Below are positions 1 to 11,810 of a DNA stretch of 64,000 nucleotides, in pieces (positions within the stretch are counted from its first letter, which is position 1; the number at the start of each line of letters is the position of its first letter). The stretch lies in the NCBI GenBank assembly GCA_964016885.1, contig OZ024755.1:32674001-32738000 (forward strand). The letters run 5' to 3'. The notes under the pieces were generated by a model. That model saw only the letters and a list, made by a program, of their open reading frames with translations, did no database searches and had not been told where the DNA came from. The stretch is from Eledone cirrhosa (Eukaryota). The position numbers and the translations under genes were made by a program.

Positions 1-470
1 ATATAATAATATAATAATTGTTTCTACTTTTGGCACAAGGCCAGTAATTATCCCAGTGTATTACTGGTACTTTATTTTATTGACCCCCATAAGGATGAAA
101 GGCAAAGTTAACCTCGGCGGGATTTGAACTCAGTCCGTAAAGGGACGAAACGCATGTCGCCAATCAATAAACGTAATGTAATGTATTATTATATTATTAC
201 ATATATATATAATAATATAATAATTGTTTCTACTTTTGGCACAAGGCCAGTAATTATCCCAGTGTATTACTGGTACTTTATTTTATTGACCCCCATAAGG
301 ATGAAAGGCAAAGTTAACCTCGGCGGGATTTGAACTCAGTCCGTAAAGGGACGAAACGCATGTCGCCAATCAATAAACGTAATGTAATGTATTATTATAT
401 TATTACATATATATATAATAATATAATAATTGTTTCTACTTTTGGCACAAGGCCAGCAATTACCCCAGTG
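1..470. repeat. 206-bp tandem duplication containing a truncated SINE plus flank (at least 2 copies; may continue left of the window)
   Basis: TAATTGTTTCTACTTTTGGCAC recurs at 15, 221 and 427; the first two units look identical. Confidence 0.9.
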
Positions 471-590
471 TATTACTGGTACTTTATTTTATCGACCCCG
501 TAAGGATGAAAAGCAAAGTGAACCTCAGCGGGATTTGAACTCAGAATAGCAAGGGCCATAACACTTTGCTGCAAAGCATGGCCCCCAACC
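427..590 (-). mobile_element. tRNA-derived SINE family A (Deu/Nin-like central domain), 5'-truncated
   Basis: Minus strand reads GAGTTCAAATCCCG (B-box-like), then CTTTTCATCCTTACGGGGTCGATAAAATAAAGTACCAG, then GGCCTTGTGCCAAAAGTAGAAACAAT. Many homologous copies in the window. Confidence 0.85.
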
Positions 591-841
591 ATTATAGTAT
601 AGTATAGTCTAATAACGTGGTGTATAAACCCATGTGCACTGATACACATCATTTTTCGTTCAGTGGTTTTTATATGCCTCACTATTAGACTACAGTAAAA
701 AATATTATGGCATAGCTTCTATTTCAATTCTAAACTCATTCCAAACATACTTCCTTTATTATTTCAGAATTAATTAAAGTACCAGTAATGAACTGGGTAT
801 TTGCTGGCCTTGTGCCTAAAGTAGAAACAATTATTTCAGAA

Positions 842-1005
842 TTAATCCATTAGCATTTAAACTGGCCAGAATTCTCTCACCTCTTTTTGTTCAAACCAGC
901 CATAACTGGCCACTCATACTGATGTTAAGGTATTATTCTCAAAATAAATAACATAAAAATCTCATAGATACAATATTATGTGTAATGTAAATGGTAAAGG
1001 GTTAA
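842..1005 (+). mobile_element. piggyBac-type MITE (TTAA-CCCT...AGGG-TTAA), internally deleted copy
   Basis: Ends TTAATCCATTAGCATTTAAA ... GTAAATGGTAAAGGGTTAA; body matches the other copies. Confidence 0.8.
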
Positions 1006-1233
1006 ATAGGAATCCTTTAAAGAGGCAGTTTATGGCTGGTTGGTATAAAATGGGTTAATGTATATCAATAAAGGTATCATTATTTGACAGTATTTAAAAG
1101 AGGTTTAGCTGACGTCAGCCCTTATGACCTGGAGATATTTAATATAGGTTCCTCCCTTTCTTTTAAATGGCTTACAAAGATGACATTTCAAAATAATGTA
1201 TTATCATAAGAAAGTCATTCATATATATATAAA

Positions 1234-1567
1234 GAGGCACATGGCTTAGTGGTTAGAGCATTGGCATTGCAATCGAAAGGTTGTGAGTTCAATTCTCAGA
1301 CCGGGTGATGTGTTGTTTCCTTGAGCAAGGCACTTTATTTCACATTGTTCCAGTTTACTCAGCTGTAGAAATGAGATGAGAGGGAGTGGGGTCCCTATCA
1401 TTCCACTGTAAAGTGGTCGTGGAGGTGCCACAGAAAAAAAAAGGACCCAGCACTCACTGTAAATGAGGTTGGTGTTAGGAAGGGCATCCAGCTGTAGAAA
1501 TCAAGCCAGAATCAGTTCCCGTCCCACCCTTGCAAGCAGGGAAAAGCGGACGTAAAATGATGATGAT
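1234..1567 (+). mobile_element. tRNA-derived SINE family B (CORE-like domain + RTE-derived 3' tail, ending in (GAT)n)
   Basis: A box TGGCTTAGTGG, B box GAGTTCAATTC, CORE-like CCTTGAGCAAGGCACTTTA...CTCAGCTGTAGAAATGAG, tail GGAAGGGCATCCAGCTGTAGAAA...GGACGTAAAATGATGATG. Confidence 0.85.
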
Positions 1568-1885
1568 ATATATATGTGTATGTGTGTATGCGTGGATGTG
1601 TGAAAGCGTGTATGTGTGAACGTGTGAATGTATGGATGTGTGTATGCATGTTGTGTGAATGTCTATGTGTGAATGCGTGTATGCATGCATGTGCGAATGT
1701 GTGCATGTATGTATGCATGAATGTGTATGCGTGTATACGTGAACATGTGTATGTGTGAATGTGTGTATGCGTGAACACGTGAATGCATGTAGTGTGAATG
1801 CATGTATGCGTGAACACATGAATGCATGTATGCGTGAATGAGTGAATGCATATATGCGCATGAGTGTCTGTGTGTGTGTGTGAAT
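1568..1885. repeat. degenerate (TG)n/(TGCA) microsatellite
   Basis: Directly visible. Confidence 0.9.
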
Positions 1886-2844
1886 GTAAGTATATTTAAC
1901 GGTAAACATACGTAGGTATGTTTTGTAAACAGAATTAGAATTTCATTTTATTCTGCATTCATTGAAAAGAATCCTCTCTGCATTTGATCAACCTCTTCCA
2001 CATAGCAGAGTAATCTCCCTCAAATCACTCTCTACTGCCTTAACAAAAAGAAGTACAAATTGTACAATACAGTTCTAGATATAAAAATAATAGAAGGGGT
2101 GGGATAGCTGGAAAGTATTTGATCAAAGGTCACCCTGATCAGGTTTCATATGGGGCTAAACAATAACAATATTAACAAACAAAACAAAACAAAACAAAAC
2201 AAAACCCCAAAACAAAAACAAAAATCATTATATTCAATCTCCATTGGTTTGTATTCTGAAGAAACAATGGCTATGGGTATGATATCTTATCATCTTTATC
2301 TGTCTAGTGTAAAGAAGTGATGAGTGTTGATAAATGAGAACAGAATGTTTATGGTTATGATAAGAAGATATAAAATATGTCTTCTATTGAGATTATGAGG
2401 CATAATCAGAGTACTAACCCAACCCAAACCACATCCATTAAATCTACTTCATATTAAACTGCCAGACTTATTTGGTCTTCTCTTTCTCTGGCTTAAAAGG
2501 AAAAAAAAAGCAGATAAAACAGCTTCTATATCACTTTTCTTGTACAACCTCTCAGTGGGGTTCTCGCAAGACGATTAATGTGGGAGGAGAGGGTGGCCAA
2601 GACTGTCCATTAATCACAAGAATAAGTCTGAAACCTCCACTTTGAAAGATCTTCCTTATATTTCAATCTCACACTGACCTCTCCAGCAACCACACTTCCT
2701 TACAGTTATTTAGAGTCTCTCATTGAAAGGATGTTTACTTTTCCACTTACCATCTTTTCCGTTTCACCCTTCCCTTCCTCTTAATCTGATCTGGCTTCAA
2801 GCTAGGAACTACTCTGCTTCTCATCAACCATCTTTATTCTCTCA

Positions 2845-3728
2845 GCACATACACACACACACTGACAGACACAGATACACACACACACTGACACACATAC
2901 AGAGACATACAGACACACACACGGACAAACAGAAACACACGCAGAAGACACACATATAGACACTTATACACACATAAACACACACACACAGACAGAGATA
3001 CACACACACTGACATACACACAGAGACATACACACTGACACACAGACACACACACGGACAAACAGAAACACACACAGAAGACACACATATAGACACTTAT
3101 ACACATAAACACACACACACACACAGACAGACACAGATACACAGTGACATACACACACACACACACGGACAGAAACACACACATACACACACATAAACAC
3201 ACACACACACACATAAACACACACACAGGCACAGACACAGAAACACACACAGACACAGACACACAAACACACAGGCAGACACACACGCACACAGACAGAC
3301 AGAGACAGACAGACAGAGACACACAAACGCAGACACACAGACACACAAACACAGAGACACACACAAACACAGACACACAGAGACACACAAACACAGAGAT
3401 ACAGAGACACAGAGAAACACAGACACACAAACACAGAGATACAGAGACACACAAACACAGAGACACACAAACACAGAGACACAGAGACAGACAAACACAG
3501 AGACACAGAGAAACACAGACACACAGATAGACACAGAGACACACAAACACAGAGACACACAAACACAGAGACACAGAGACAGACAAACACAGACACACAC
3601 AAACACAGAGACACAGAGAAACACAGACACACAGACAGACACAGAGACACACAAACACAGAGACACACAAACACAGAGACACACAAACACAGAGACACAC
3701 AAACACAGAGACACAGAGACAGACACAC
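2845..3728. repeat. compound (CA)n/(CAGA)n microsatellite with a ~20-bp ACACACAAACACAGAGAC higher-order unit
   Basis: Directly visible; source of the V/C/L- and H/T-rich ORFs. Confidence 0.95.
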
Positions 3729-4022
3729 ATATACTCTTCTGAGAGATAGAACTGTATTTGTCACATCCACAAAACAGGGACTCTGTTGGTGACCTTCTTA
3801 GCCAAATACCACTAACATCTGTCTGGTTAAATCCCTCTCGTCATCTCTCTCAACCTAATCCTAATCCTTAGTAACTCCACACAAGAATAAAAGAAATATA
3901 TATACATGAATGTTTATATATATATGCAAATCTTCATCATTGTTTTTACCTCCACTTTTCCATGCTTGCATATTATATATAATAATTATATATAATATGC
4001 AAGCATGGAAAAGTGGATGGGT

Positions 4023-4200
4023 GATGTGTTGGTGTAAATGGTAGCACAGTGGTCCGGATAACCAAAGATGTGGGTTCATTTCCCATGTACGTCAATACTC
4101 ATCTTTTTCCATTTCTCCGAGGGTTCTTAACCCCACTATCAGGCTAAATAATTTCTTTAATTTCTTTAGTCAAAATACAGCGATAGCTAACATTTCTAAT
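4023..4200 (+). mobile_element. tRNA-headed short element (family C); cloverleaf at 4023-4094
   Basis: Acceptor GATGTGT/GTACGTC, D arm GTGT-AAATGGTA-GCAC, anticodon arm TGGT-CCGGATA-ACCA, T arm GTGGG-TTCATTT-CCCAT. Body similar to 7213-7318 and to 44080-44150 (minus). Confidence 0.6.
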
Positions 4201-4229
4201 AATATATATATATATATAGTAATATACGT

Positions 4230-4905
4230 GAACGGCAAAGCATAAACGAACTAAGGGAGAAATTAGAAATAAGAGGGATCAGATGTTGTTTACTCGAGAG
4301 AAGACTACGTTGGTATGGTCACGTGATGTGCATGAAAGACAACAGCTGTATAAAAAAGTGCAGGGCGATAAAAATAGATGGTAGCCACGGAAAAACCTGG
4401 GAAAACTTGATAAATTCCGACCTCACACACTTACACCTCTCCAAGACAATGTCACTGGATCGAGATCTTTGGCGCTACACAGTAATAGAGAAAACCCGCC
4501 TTACCTAAGTGAAAAGTGAAACCTACTACAGTCAGTAGGCACCTCTAACAAAATACACCCCCGTCCCACTACCCCCACCCCATCCACACCACCCCTTTCA
4601 ATGTAAAGTTATGTTGGTACCACAACATCCAGCCCGAAACAAATGAGGTCGTGTAGGTGTCACAACAAAAAAAACACACAGTCCACGCTGTAATGTGGCC
4701 GTGTAGGTAACACGGTAAAAACCTCCCAGCCCCACACTGTAAATGTGGTTGGTGTTAGGAAGGGCATCCAGCTGTAGAAAACCCGCCAGACAGTCCTATG
4801 CGAGCAAGACAACCACTCTTGCCTCAAGTGGGAAAACCCCCGTCCAAACCCATGCAAGCGTGGAACAGGGATGTTAAACGATGATGATGATGATGATGAT
4901 GATGA
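4230..4905 (+). mobile_element. RTE-clade LINE 3' fragment (ORF C-terminus + 3'UTR + (GAT)n tail)
   Basis: Translates NELREKLEIRGIRCCLLERRLRWYGHVMCM...GKTWENLINSDL...DRDLWRYTV, the RLRWYGHV / W...DL / DR..WR signature of RTE C-termini. The UTR ends GGATGTTAAACGATGATGAT. Confidence 0.85.
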
Positions 4906-5380
4906 GTAATAATAATAAATTTGAAGACTAAAATCCAAAGAGGGCTCGATAAGGACCGTAGAGCACGTTAAGGGTGAAAGCAGCGATTCTTTGCTTAAAC
5001 TTTAATCTGTTATTTTAATAAATATATAAATATATATATATATGGAAAAGAATGAAACAAAATTTCATTTCTCAAGCCATACCTATATATATATATGTGT
5101 GTATGTATATATATATACATACCTCTGTACGTCTGTATACATATATATATATATATATATATATGGAAAAGAATGAAACAAAATTTCATTTCTCAAGCCA
5201 TACATACATATATACATGTGTGCATGTATGTATATATATACATACTACTGTACGTCTGTATACATATATGTATGAACGTATATATATATATATATATATA
5301 TAATGAAGGAAATGTGGTAAGGAACCAGGTGGACCATAACGCACCAAAGTACTCAATACTTGGGGTAGTAGAGTGGGTAA

Positions 5381-5486
5381 TAGGAACCAGTAAGACCCCG
5401 ACGGCTGAGCTCAAGCCATTTCGACGGCTAATTCCAGAATTAGCCGTCGAAATGGCTTTAGCCCAGCCGTCGGGGTCTTACTGGTT

Positions 5487-5490
<4 letters not shown>
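5381..5490. repeat. 54-bp-arm inverted repeat (hairpin) within a (TA)n-flanked insert
   Basis: TAGGAACCAGTAAGACCCCGACGGCTG...GGCTAATTC-CA-GAATTAGCC...CAGCCGTCGGGGTCTTACTGGTTCCTA; 2 mismatches. Confidence 0.95.
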
Positions 5491-5531
<41 letters not shown>

Positions 5532-5659
5532 AAAAGAATGAAACAAAATTTCATTTCTCAAGCCATACATACATATATACATGTGTGCATGTATGTATAT
5601 ATATACATACTACTGTACATCTGTATACATATATGTATGTACGTATACATACTTATATA

Positions 5660-5998
5660 TACACCCCGTCCCACCACCACCACCCCATCCACACCACCCC
5701 GTTCTATGTAAAGTTATGTTGGTGCAGCGCCATCCAGGCCGAAACAAATGAGATCGTGTAGGTGTCACGACAAAAAAACACACAGTCCACGCTGTAATGT
5801 GGCTGTGTAGGCAACACAGTAAAAACCTCCCAGTCCACACTGTAAATGTGGTTGGTGTTAGGAAGGGCATCCAACTGTAGAAAACCTGCCAGACAGTCCT
5901 ATGCGAGCAAGACAATCACTCTTGCCTCAAGTGGGAATACCCCCGTCCAAACCCATGCAAGCGTGGAACACGGATGTTAAACGTTGATGATGATGATG

Positions 5999-6000
<2 letters not shown>
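5660..6000 (+). mobile_element. RTE LINE 3'UTR copy (5'-truncated)
   Basis: Near-identical to 4555-4905. Confidence 0.8.
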
Positions 6001-6029
<29 letters not shown>

Positions 6030-6424
6030 TTGCAACTCGATTTCAAGTAATGCCATCACTTGATACTTATGCATGAACATCATGGGTGTAGCTTTTTAGT
6101 CCTGCTAAGGACTTGCCTATGGCCAGCAATACCACACATCACAAAAAATGTCACATATCAAGTGATACCTGTGCTTGAAGCTTTTTTAACTGAAGAAATG
6201 CTTTGTACGGGGCCAAACCCACTCTTTGAACATCGAATGCATTTACCCCAAAAGAAGAACTGGTCTATATCATTGGATACAAACGAAGTGGCAGGTTTTA
6301 TATCAGAGTGACCTTCTCCTAAAGAGATGTCTTAATGAAGACTAGGAGTCACTCGCTCCACAAAAAACAAAAACATACTTTATTGGATGGCAGTTGACTC
6401 TCCTGAGTCACACACACACACACA

Positions 6425-6472
<48 letters not shown>

Positions 6473-6507
6473 TATATACAAACAAATGTATATATACATT
6501 TGTATGT

Positions 6508-6760
6508 ATCATCACCATCATCACCGTTTTACGTCCGTTCTTCCACGCTAGCATGGGTTAGACGGGTTTTCCTGTTGTGGGCAGTGTCTGGTCGGCTGAC
6601 CATGCCTTGCTCATACAGGAACTGATTTTGGCTTGATTTCTACAGATGGATGCCCTTCCTCACACCAACCTCATTTACAGTGAGTGCTGGGTGCTTTTTC
6701 CGTGGCGCCTACACGTCCACTTTACAGTGTGGGCTGGGTGCTTTTTGCCGTGGCACCTCA
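6508..6760 (-). mobile_element. RTE LINE 3'UTR copy (second subfamily)
   Basis: Reverse complement of the tail seen at about 46580-46850. Confidence 0.8.
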
Positions 6761-7310
6761 ACGATGTATGTATGTTTTATATATATATATATATATAAAA
6801 ATACACACATATATGAGTGCATGTGTTTTTATATATATATATGTGTGTGTATTTTTATAAATATTTTTTAAAAATCACAATCTTTACCATATATATAGTA
6901 GGTATATATATATATATATATATTAATAAATATTTGCTCTACGGTTCTTATATATTTGATATATATTTTCCTTATCGAGCCCTCTTTGGATTTTAGTCTT
7001 CAATTTTATTATTATTACTATATAGTAAGTATATATATATAGTAACGTCTAACCCATGCTAGCGTTGAAAATGGACGTTAAACGAAGATGATGATGATGA
7101 TGAGTAAGTATATATATATATATAGTAAGTATGTTTTGAAACAGTGACCAGGTTGGAAATTAGAAATAGAAGTTTCCGCCGTATCAATGTATTTACGAGT
7201 CTTGATGTACATGTACATCAATACTCAACTTTTTCCACATCTTGGAGGATTATAAACCCCACTACCAGGCTAAAATTTCTTTAGTAACAAAAATATGGCA
7301 AAACCTTCTA

Positions 7311-7347
<37 letters not shown>

Positions 7348-7385
7348 TGATAAAGAACACAAGAGCGTCTACAACATCAAAAGAT

Positions 7386-7445
7386 TTTTATTGGCTTACA
7401 ATGTTTCTTCCTTAGGTAACCGTAGGATTCATCAGAGCTATAAAA
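7386..7445 (-). ncRNA. minimal type I hammerhead ribozyme motif
   Basis: Minus strand: UUUUAUAGCU-CUGAUGA-AUCCUACGGUUACCUAAGGAA-GAAA-CAUUG-UA|AGCCAAUAAAA. Core intact; stems I and II pair imperfectly (first stem II pair is an A-A mismatch); short stem III ACAUUGU. Confidence 0.65.
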
Positions 7446-7784
7446 GGGGTTTGATTGGTGTTATGGACTCTACCAACCAAACATTCAAGAACAAAGAGTA
7501 AAGAGAGTAAAGAGCAAAAGTAGGGGACGATAAGTATAATTTTGGTGCGGGAGGGTGGGGTGTGGGTCCTTGTTTACTAGCTGCGGTCATATTCATTCCC
7601 GGGAGTCGAGTGGTTAGCTGAACCATAGATGGGGTGGCGTCGATAGTATGGTGCAGAGGGTGTGCAGAGGCTACACAAACACATATATATATACACACAC
7701 ACACAAACACACACAAACATATATATGCATCCATCTTTGGTCGACTACAACCAACACTTTCATAGGACATGACACATATCTACA

Positions 7785-7945
7785 TTATGGTCGGACGCCA
7801 TGCTTTGACGCATTGAGTTACGGCCCTTGCCATTCTGTGTTCGAATCCTGCCGAGGTTAACTTTGCCTTTCATCCTTGCGGGGTCGATAAAATAAAGTAC
7901 CAGTAATACACCGGGGTAATTGCTGGCCCTGTGCCAAAAGAATTC
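7785..7945 (+). mobile_element. SINE family A
   Basis: GTTCGAATCC B box followed by CCTTTCATCCTTGCGGGGTCGATAAAATAAAGTACCAG. Confidence 0.85.
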
Positions 7946-8129
7946 CTGTGGCATTGTTCCATTGTTGTTTCAACAGTAATAATTCCAAAGGTAGCTGGTT
8001 CTTGCAGGTTGGCTCTGGCCCCTGGGCTTTACTATAGCCACCTGAGAAGTGCAAATAAGATGAAATTTATTTGGGTTTTCTTGTTATATGAAATTTGTGG
8101 AAGGTTGTGAGACCCTAGTATTAGTCAAT

Positions 8130-8320
8130 AATATTGTTTCTACTCTTGACAGAAGGGCAGTAATTACCCCAGTGCATTACTGGTACTTTATTTTATCGAC
8201 CCCCGTAAGGATGAAAGGCAAAGTTGACCTCGTCGGGATTTGAATTTGGATTGGAAAGGGCCGTAACTCTATGCATCAAAGCATGGCATCCGACCCTCTA
8301 CCGCTACTGCCAATCCACCA
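8130..8320 (-). mobile_element. SINE family A, near full length
   Basis: Minus strand starts GGTGGATTGGCAGTAGCGGTAGAGGGTCGG and has the same body. Confidence 0.85.
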
Positions 8321-9419
8321 CACACACATGTACACGGACATACACACAGACATGCGCACACAAATACACACACACACAGCGACACCTGTACACACACACA
8401 CACGCGCACACGCGCACACACACAAACACACACACAGACAGAAAAACACACACACTCATATATATATATATAATGCAGTATTTGTATAAATTTTCACTTA
8501 TTGTGATGGGGAAAATTACACACAGCTTTGTTTTATTGTTAGTTTTGTTGGGGTTTTTGTTGTTGCTTTGTCTTGCTGGTCAATATATTTATGATTGAAT
8601 AAGCTGTTGTTAATCAATGGAGTCTAATATTTTTGAGTCCATCAAAACTGTAGCACTGGCTGATCTGTTCAGGCAAATAATTCTCACTGTACATTTTTAT
8701 TGATTACGTTACAAAAAGAACAGTCAGGTGTTTGGGCATTTTTTTTTTTTTTTTTTTTTTTTACCTTAATTTTTTTTTATTTTAGTAGATGGGGAATATA
8801 GAATATTATATCTATTTCCTTTTCTCTGTAATTTTTTTTCAAATAGCAATTTTTCTCCATTATATAACCCTCCCCCTTCACCTCTAGCACATTTTTTTTT
8901 TCTTCTTCTTCTCTACTTTTGATATGGTTTGCTTCTGCTCTTACAGAAAGCTGTAGGCACTTTTGTTGTGTTTTCAAAGAAAAAGCATGAACACAAATTT
9001 CAGTTCAGTTGATCAGGTTCTATAGTTTGTTGCAGGTGTTGATGTGACCTAGGAATTGACAGAACTGCTTGTAATAATACATAGCAAATGGAGCAGGATT
9101 AATCCTACTGAAAGGACACGTCATCATCATCATAGCTTAATATCTGCTTTTCCATGCTTGGATAAATCCAATAAGATGAGCTTATTGCTATTTTATCTTA
9201 TCCAAACTACATTCAGTCTCAATCCTTATTTCTCTAAAGTTAATCATGCATTACTATTCTGAAATTTCCCTTTAGTCTTAATTACTGATAGTCCCCCCCC
9301 CCCACCCCTGCTTCAAATCCCAACATTCACTCAACAAAAATACACAATCCTATCTGTTCTAGAATTAAGTATCATTTCATTTCATATTAGCATCACCATC
9401 ACCATTATCACCATTATCA

Positions 9420-10215
9420 TCATCACCTTTTAACATCTATTTTTCCACGCTAGCATGAGTTAGAAGAGTTTTCCTGTTGTGAGAAATGCTGGGTCAGGTG
9501 ACCATGTCTTGCTCATACAGAACTGATTTTGGCGTGGTTTCTACAGCTGGATGCCCTTCCTAATGCCAACCACTTTACAGTGTATACTGGGTGCTTTTTG
9601 ACATGAAACCTACATGACCACTTTACAGTATGTACTGACTGCTTTTTGTCGTGATTCCTACATGACTACTTTACAGTGTGTACTGGGTGCTTTTTGGCAT
9701 GACACCAACATGACCATTCTACAGTGTGTACTGAGTGGTTTTTGGTGCGACACCTACACAACCACTTTACAGTGTAGACTGGGTGCTTTTTGGCATGACA
9801 CCTACACAACCACTTTACAGTGTAGACTGAGTGCTTTTTGGCATGACACTTACACAACCACTTTACAGTGTAAACTGGGTGCTTTTTGGCATGATACCTA
9901 CACAACCACTTTACAGTGTAGACTGGGTGCTTTTTGGCATGGCACCTACACAACCACTTTACAGTGTAGACTGGGTGCTTTTTGGAATGACACCTACACA
10001 ACCACTTTACAGTGTAGACTGGGTGCTTTTTAGCATGACACCTACACAACCACTTTACAGTGTAGACTGGGTGCTTTTTGGCATAATACCTACAGGACCA
10101 CTTTACAGTGTAGACTGGGGGCTTTTAATTATGACACCTACATGACTACTTTACAGTGTAGACTAGGTGCTTTTTGGCATGACACCCACAGGACCACTTT
10201 ACAGTGTGGACTGGG
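9420..10215 (-). mobile_element. RTE 3'UTR copy carrying an internal 48-bp tandem array (9571-10213, about 13 units)
   Basis: Unit CACTTTACAGTGTAGACTGGGTGCTTTTTGGCATGACACCTACACAAC, contiguous with the RTE tail (GGATGCCCTTCCTAA). Confidence 0.85.
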
Positions 10216-10627
10216 TTCTACACATTTTATATACCAATCTTATTTCTTTGGTGAATGAAAGGAAATGAATAATTAGTAGATGAGAATTTAATAAAATTAA
10301 AGACTTTACTGCAAAACAAGCCAAATAGTATATTTTGGTGTTTGAATATTCCAATAACTACCAACCTGATTATGTTAGCTGAATGTCTACTGAAACACAC
10401 ATATAAAGACAACTGACTATACACACCTTGGAACTAAAACTGATTTGCATGATTATGATGATGATGATGATGATGATGATGAAAAGAAAGATGAAATTTG
10501 GCATGAATCCTAAGATTTCTATTGGTTTACAGATATCGAATAAGTGGAACTAAAAACATTTTTTCTGTCTTTTTCTTCTCAAAATGATGTAAAAGATGAA
10601 TGATTCTTTTGTTAAAAGGATATCTGA

Positions 10628-10813
10628 ATAATTGTGTCTACGTTTTGGCACAAGGCCAGCAATTATCCCAGTACATTACTGGTACTTTATTTTATCGACC
10701 CCGTAAGGATGAAAGGCAAAGTTAACCTCGGCGGGAATTGAACTCAGATCGTAAAGGGACGTAACTATGCTGGAAAGCATATCCGACCCTCTACCGATAC
10801 TACCAATTCACCG
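10628..10813 (-). mobile_element. SINE family A
   Basis: Same motifs as the other copies. Confidence 0.85.
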
Positions 10814-10967
10814 CTAGCAGAATGGCCTGGCGTTGCCTGGGATTTGCTCTAGGGTTCTTATATATTTGATATATATTTATCCTTATCGAGCCTCGTGAAA
10901 TAAATACGTCTGTTTATATTTTGTTATTTTGTTATTGTGTATGCAAAAATATCTGTACACGAATATA

Positions 10968-11017
<50 letters not shown>

Positions 11018-11475
11018 TAACAAATTAAAGTTTAAGCAAAGAATCGCTGCTTTCGCCCTTAATAGGATCTTCTGAAACTAAAAAAAAATCAATCTGTGAA
11101 TGCAGAAGTATATATTTCGAAAAACGTTACACACTATATATATACACACACTATATATATAAATATATACACACACACACACATATAGTGTCATAATGTC
11201 GTAATGCAGACAGCCAGGCATACGGACAGATATTATAAGGGCGCAACGTTATATCTATGTATCTATCTAAAAAGAAAGACTAAGAATTATAGAGAGATAT
11301 CGCTAAATCGCCTAATGCGGTTCCTAGGGCATTGAAAATTTGAAATTTCCTTTGTTCAAAACACTCACAGGTCCATGAGTATTACATGTGTGAAGTTTGA
11401 AAACAATCGGTTGGGTGGTTCTCGAGTTTTAGGGAGTCCGACAGACAGACAATCTCTGTTTTAGATATATAGAAA
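10813..11475 (+). mobile_element. possible non-autonomous Helitron-like element with nested inserts
   Basis: Start CTAGCAGAATGGCCTGGCGTTGCCTGGG. End GAAGTTTGAAAACAATCGG...CGACAGACAGACA...TTTTAGATATATAG. This layout is recalled from invertebrate non-autonomous Helitron-like repeats and was not verified. Confidence 0.4.
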
Positions 11476-11637
11476 ATAATGAAATTACTGTGTATAGTGC
11501 TCAGGTGCACTACAACTCATCAAAGGTGCATGTATAGTACATAGAGTAATGTACAAATGTCAGGAAAGTGAACAGTGTATGAGTCATGATATAAAAGCAG
11601 CATAGTTTAGTGGAGATAAATTTGATATTATGTTAAT

Positions 11638-11810
11638 AATTGTTTTTACTTTTGGCACAAGGCCAGCAATTACCCAGTGTATTACTGGTACTTTATTTTA
11701 TCGACTCCGTAAGGATGAAAGGCAAAGTTAACCTTGGCGGGATTTGAACTCAGAATGGAAAGGGCCGTAACTCTATATATCAAAGCATGGCTTCCGGCCC
11801 TCTACTGATA
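11638..11810 (-). mobile_element. SINE family A
   Basis: Same motifs as the other copies. Confidence 0.85.

Noticed and set aside
605-695. Imperfect inverted repeat TAGTCTAATA...TATTAGACTA, possibly a small MITE
   Set aside because: Single decayed copy with unclear ends.
2834-3770. V/C/L- and H/T-rich ORFs (similar low-complexity ORFs near 1500, 19200, 40700, 51300, 57100, 62000)
   Set aside because: Translations of microsatellites.
4023-4094. Functional tRNA gene
   Set aside because: Non-canonical T loop and anticodon loop, several wobble pairs, and attachment to a repeated body; treated as a SINE head.
6306-6354. Further hammerhead (GAGTGAC/GTCACTC stem, CTAAAGA, GTCTT-AATG-AAGAC hairpin) in a TA-flanked insert
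   Set aside because: The core is mutated and GAAA is absent; could be a deleted relic but is not supportable from one copy.
11035-11080. Minus-strand CAGAAGA...GAAA hammerhead-like spacing
   Set aside because: Core mismatch and no convincing stem I or stem III.
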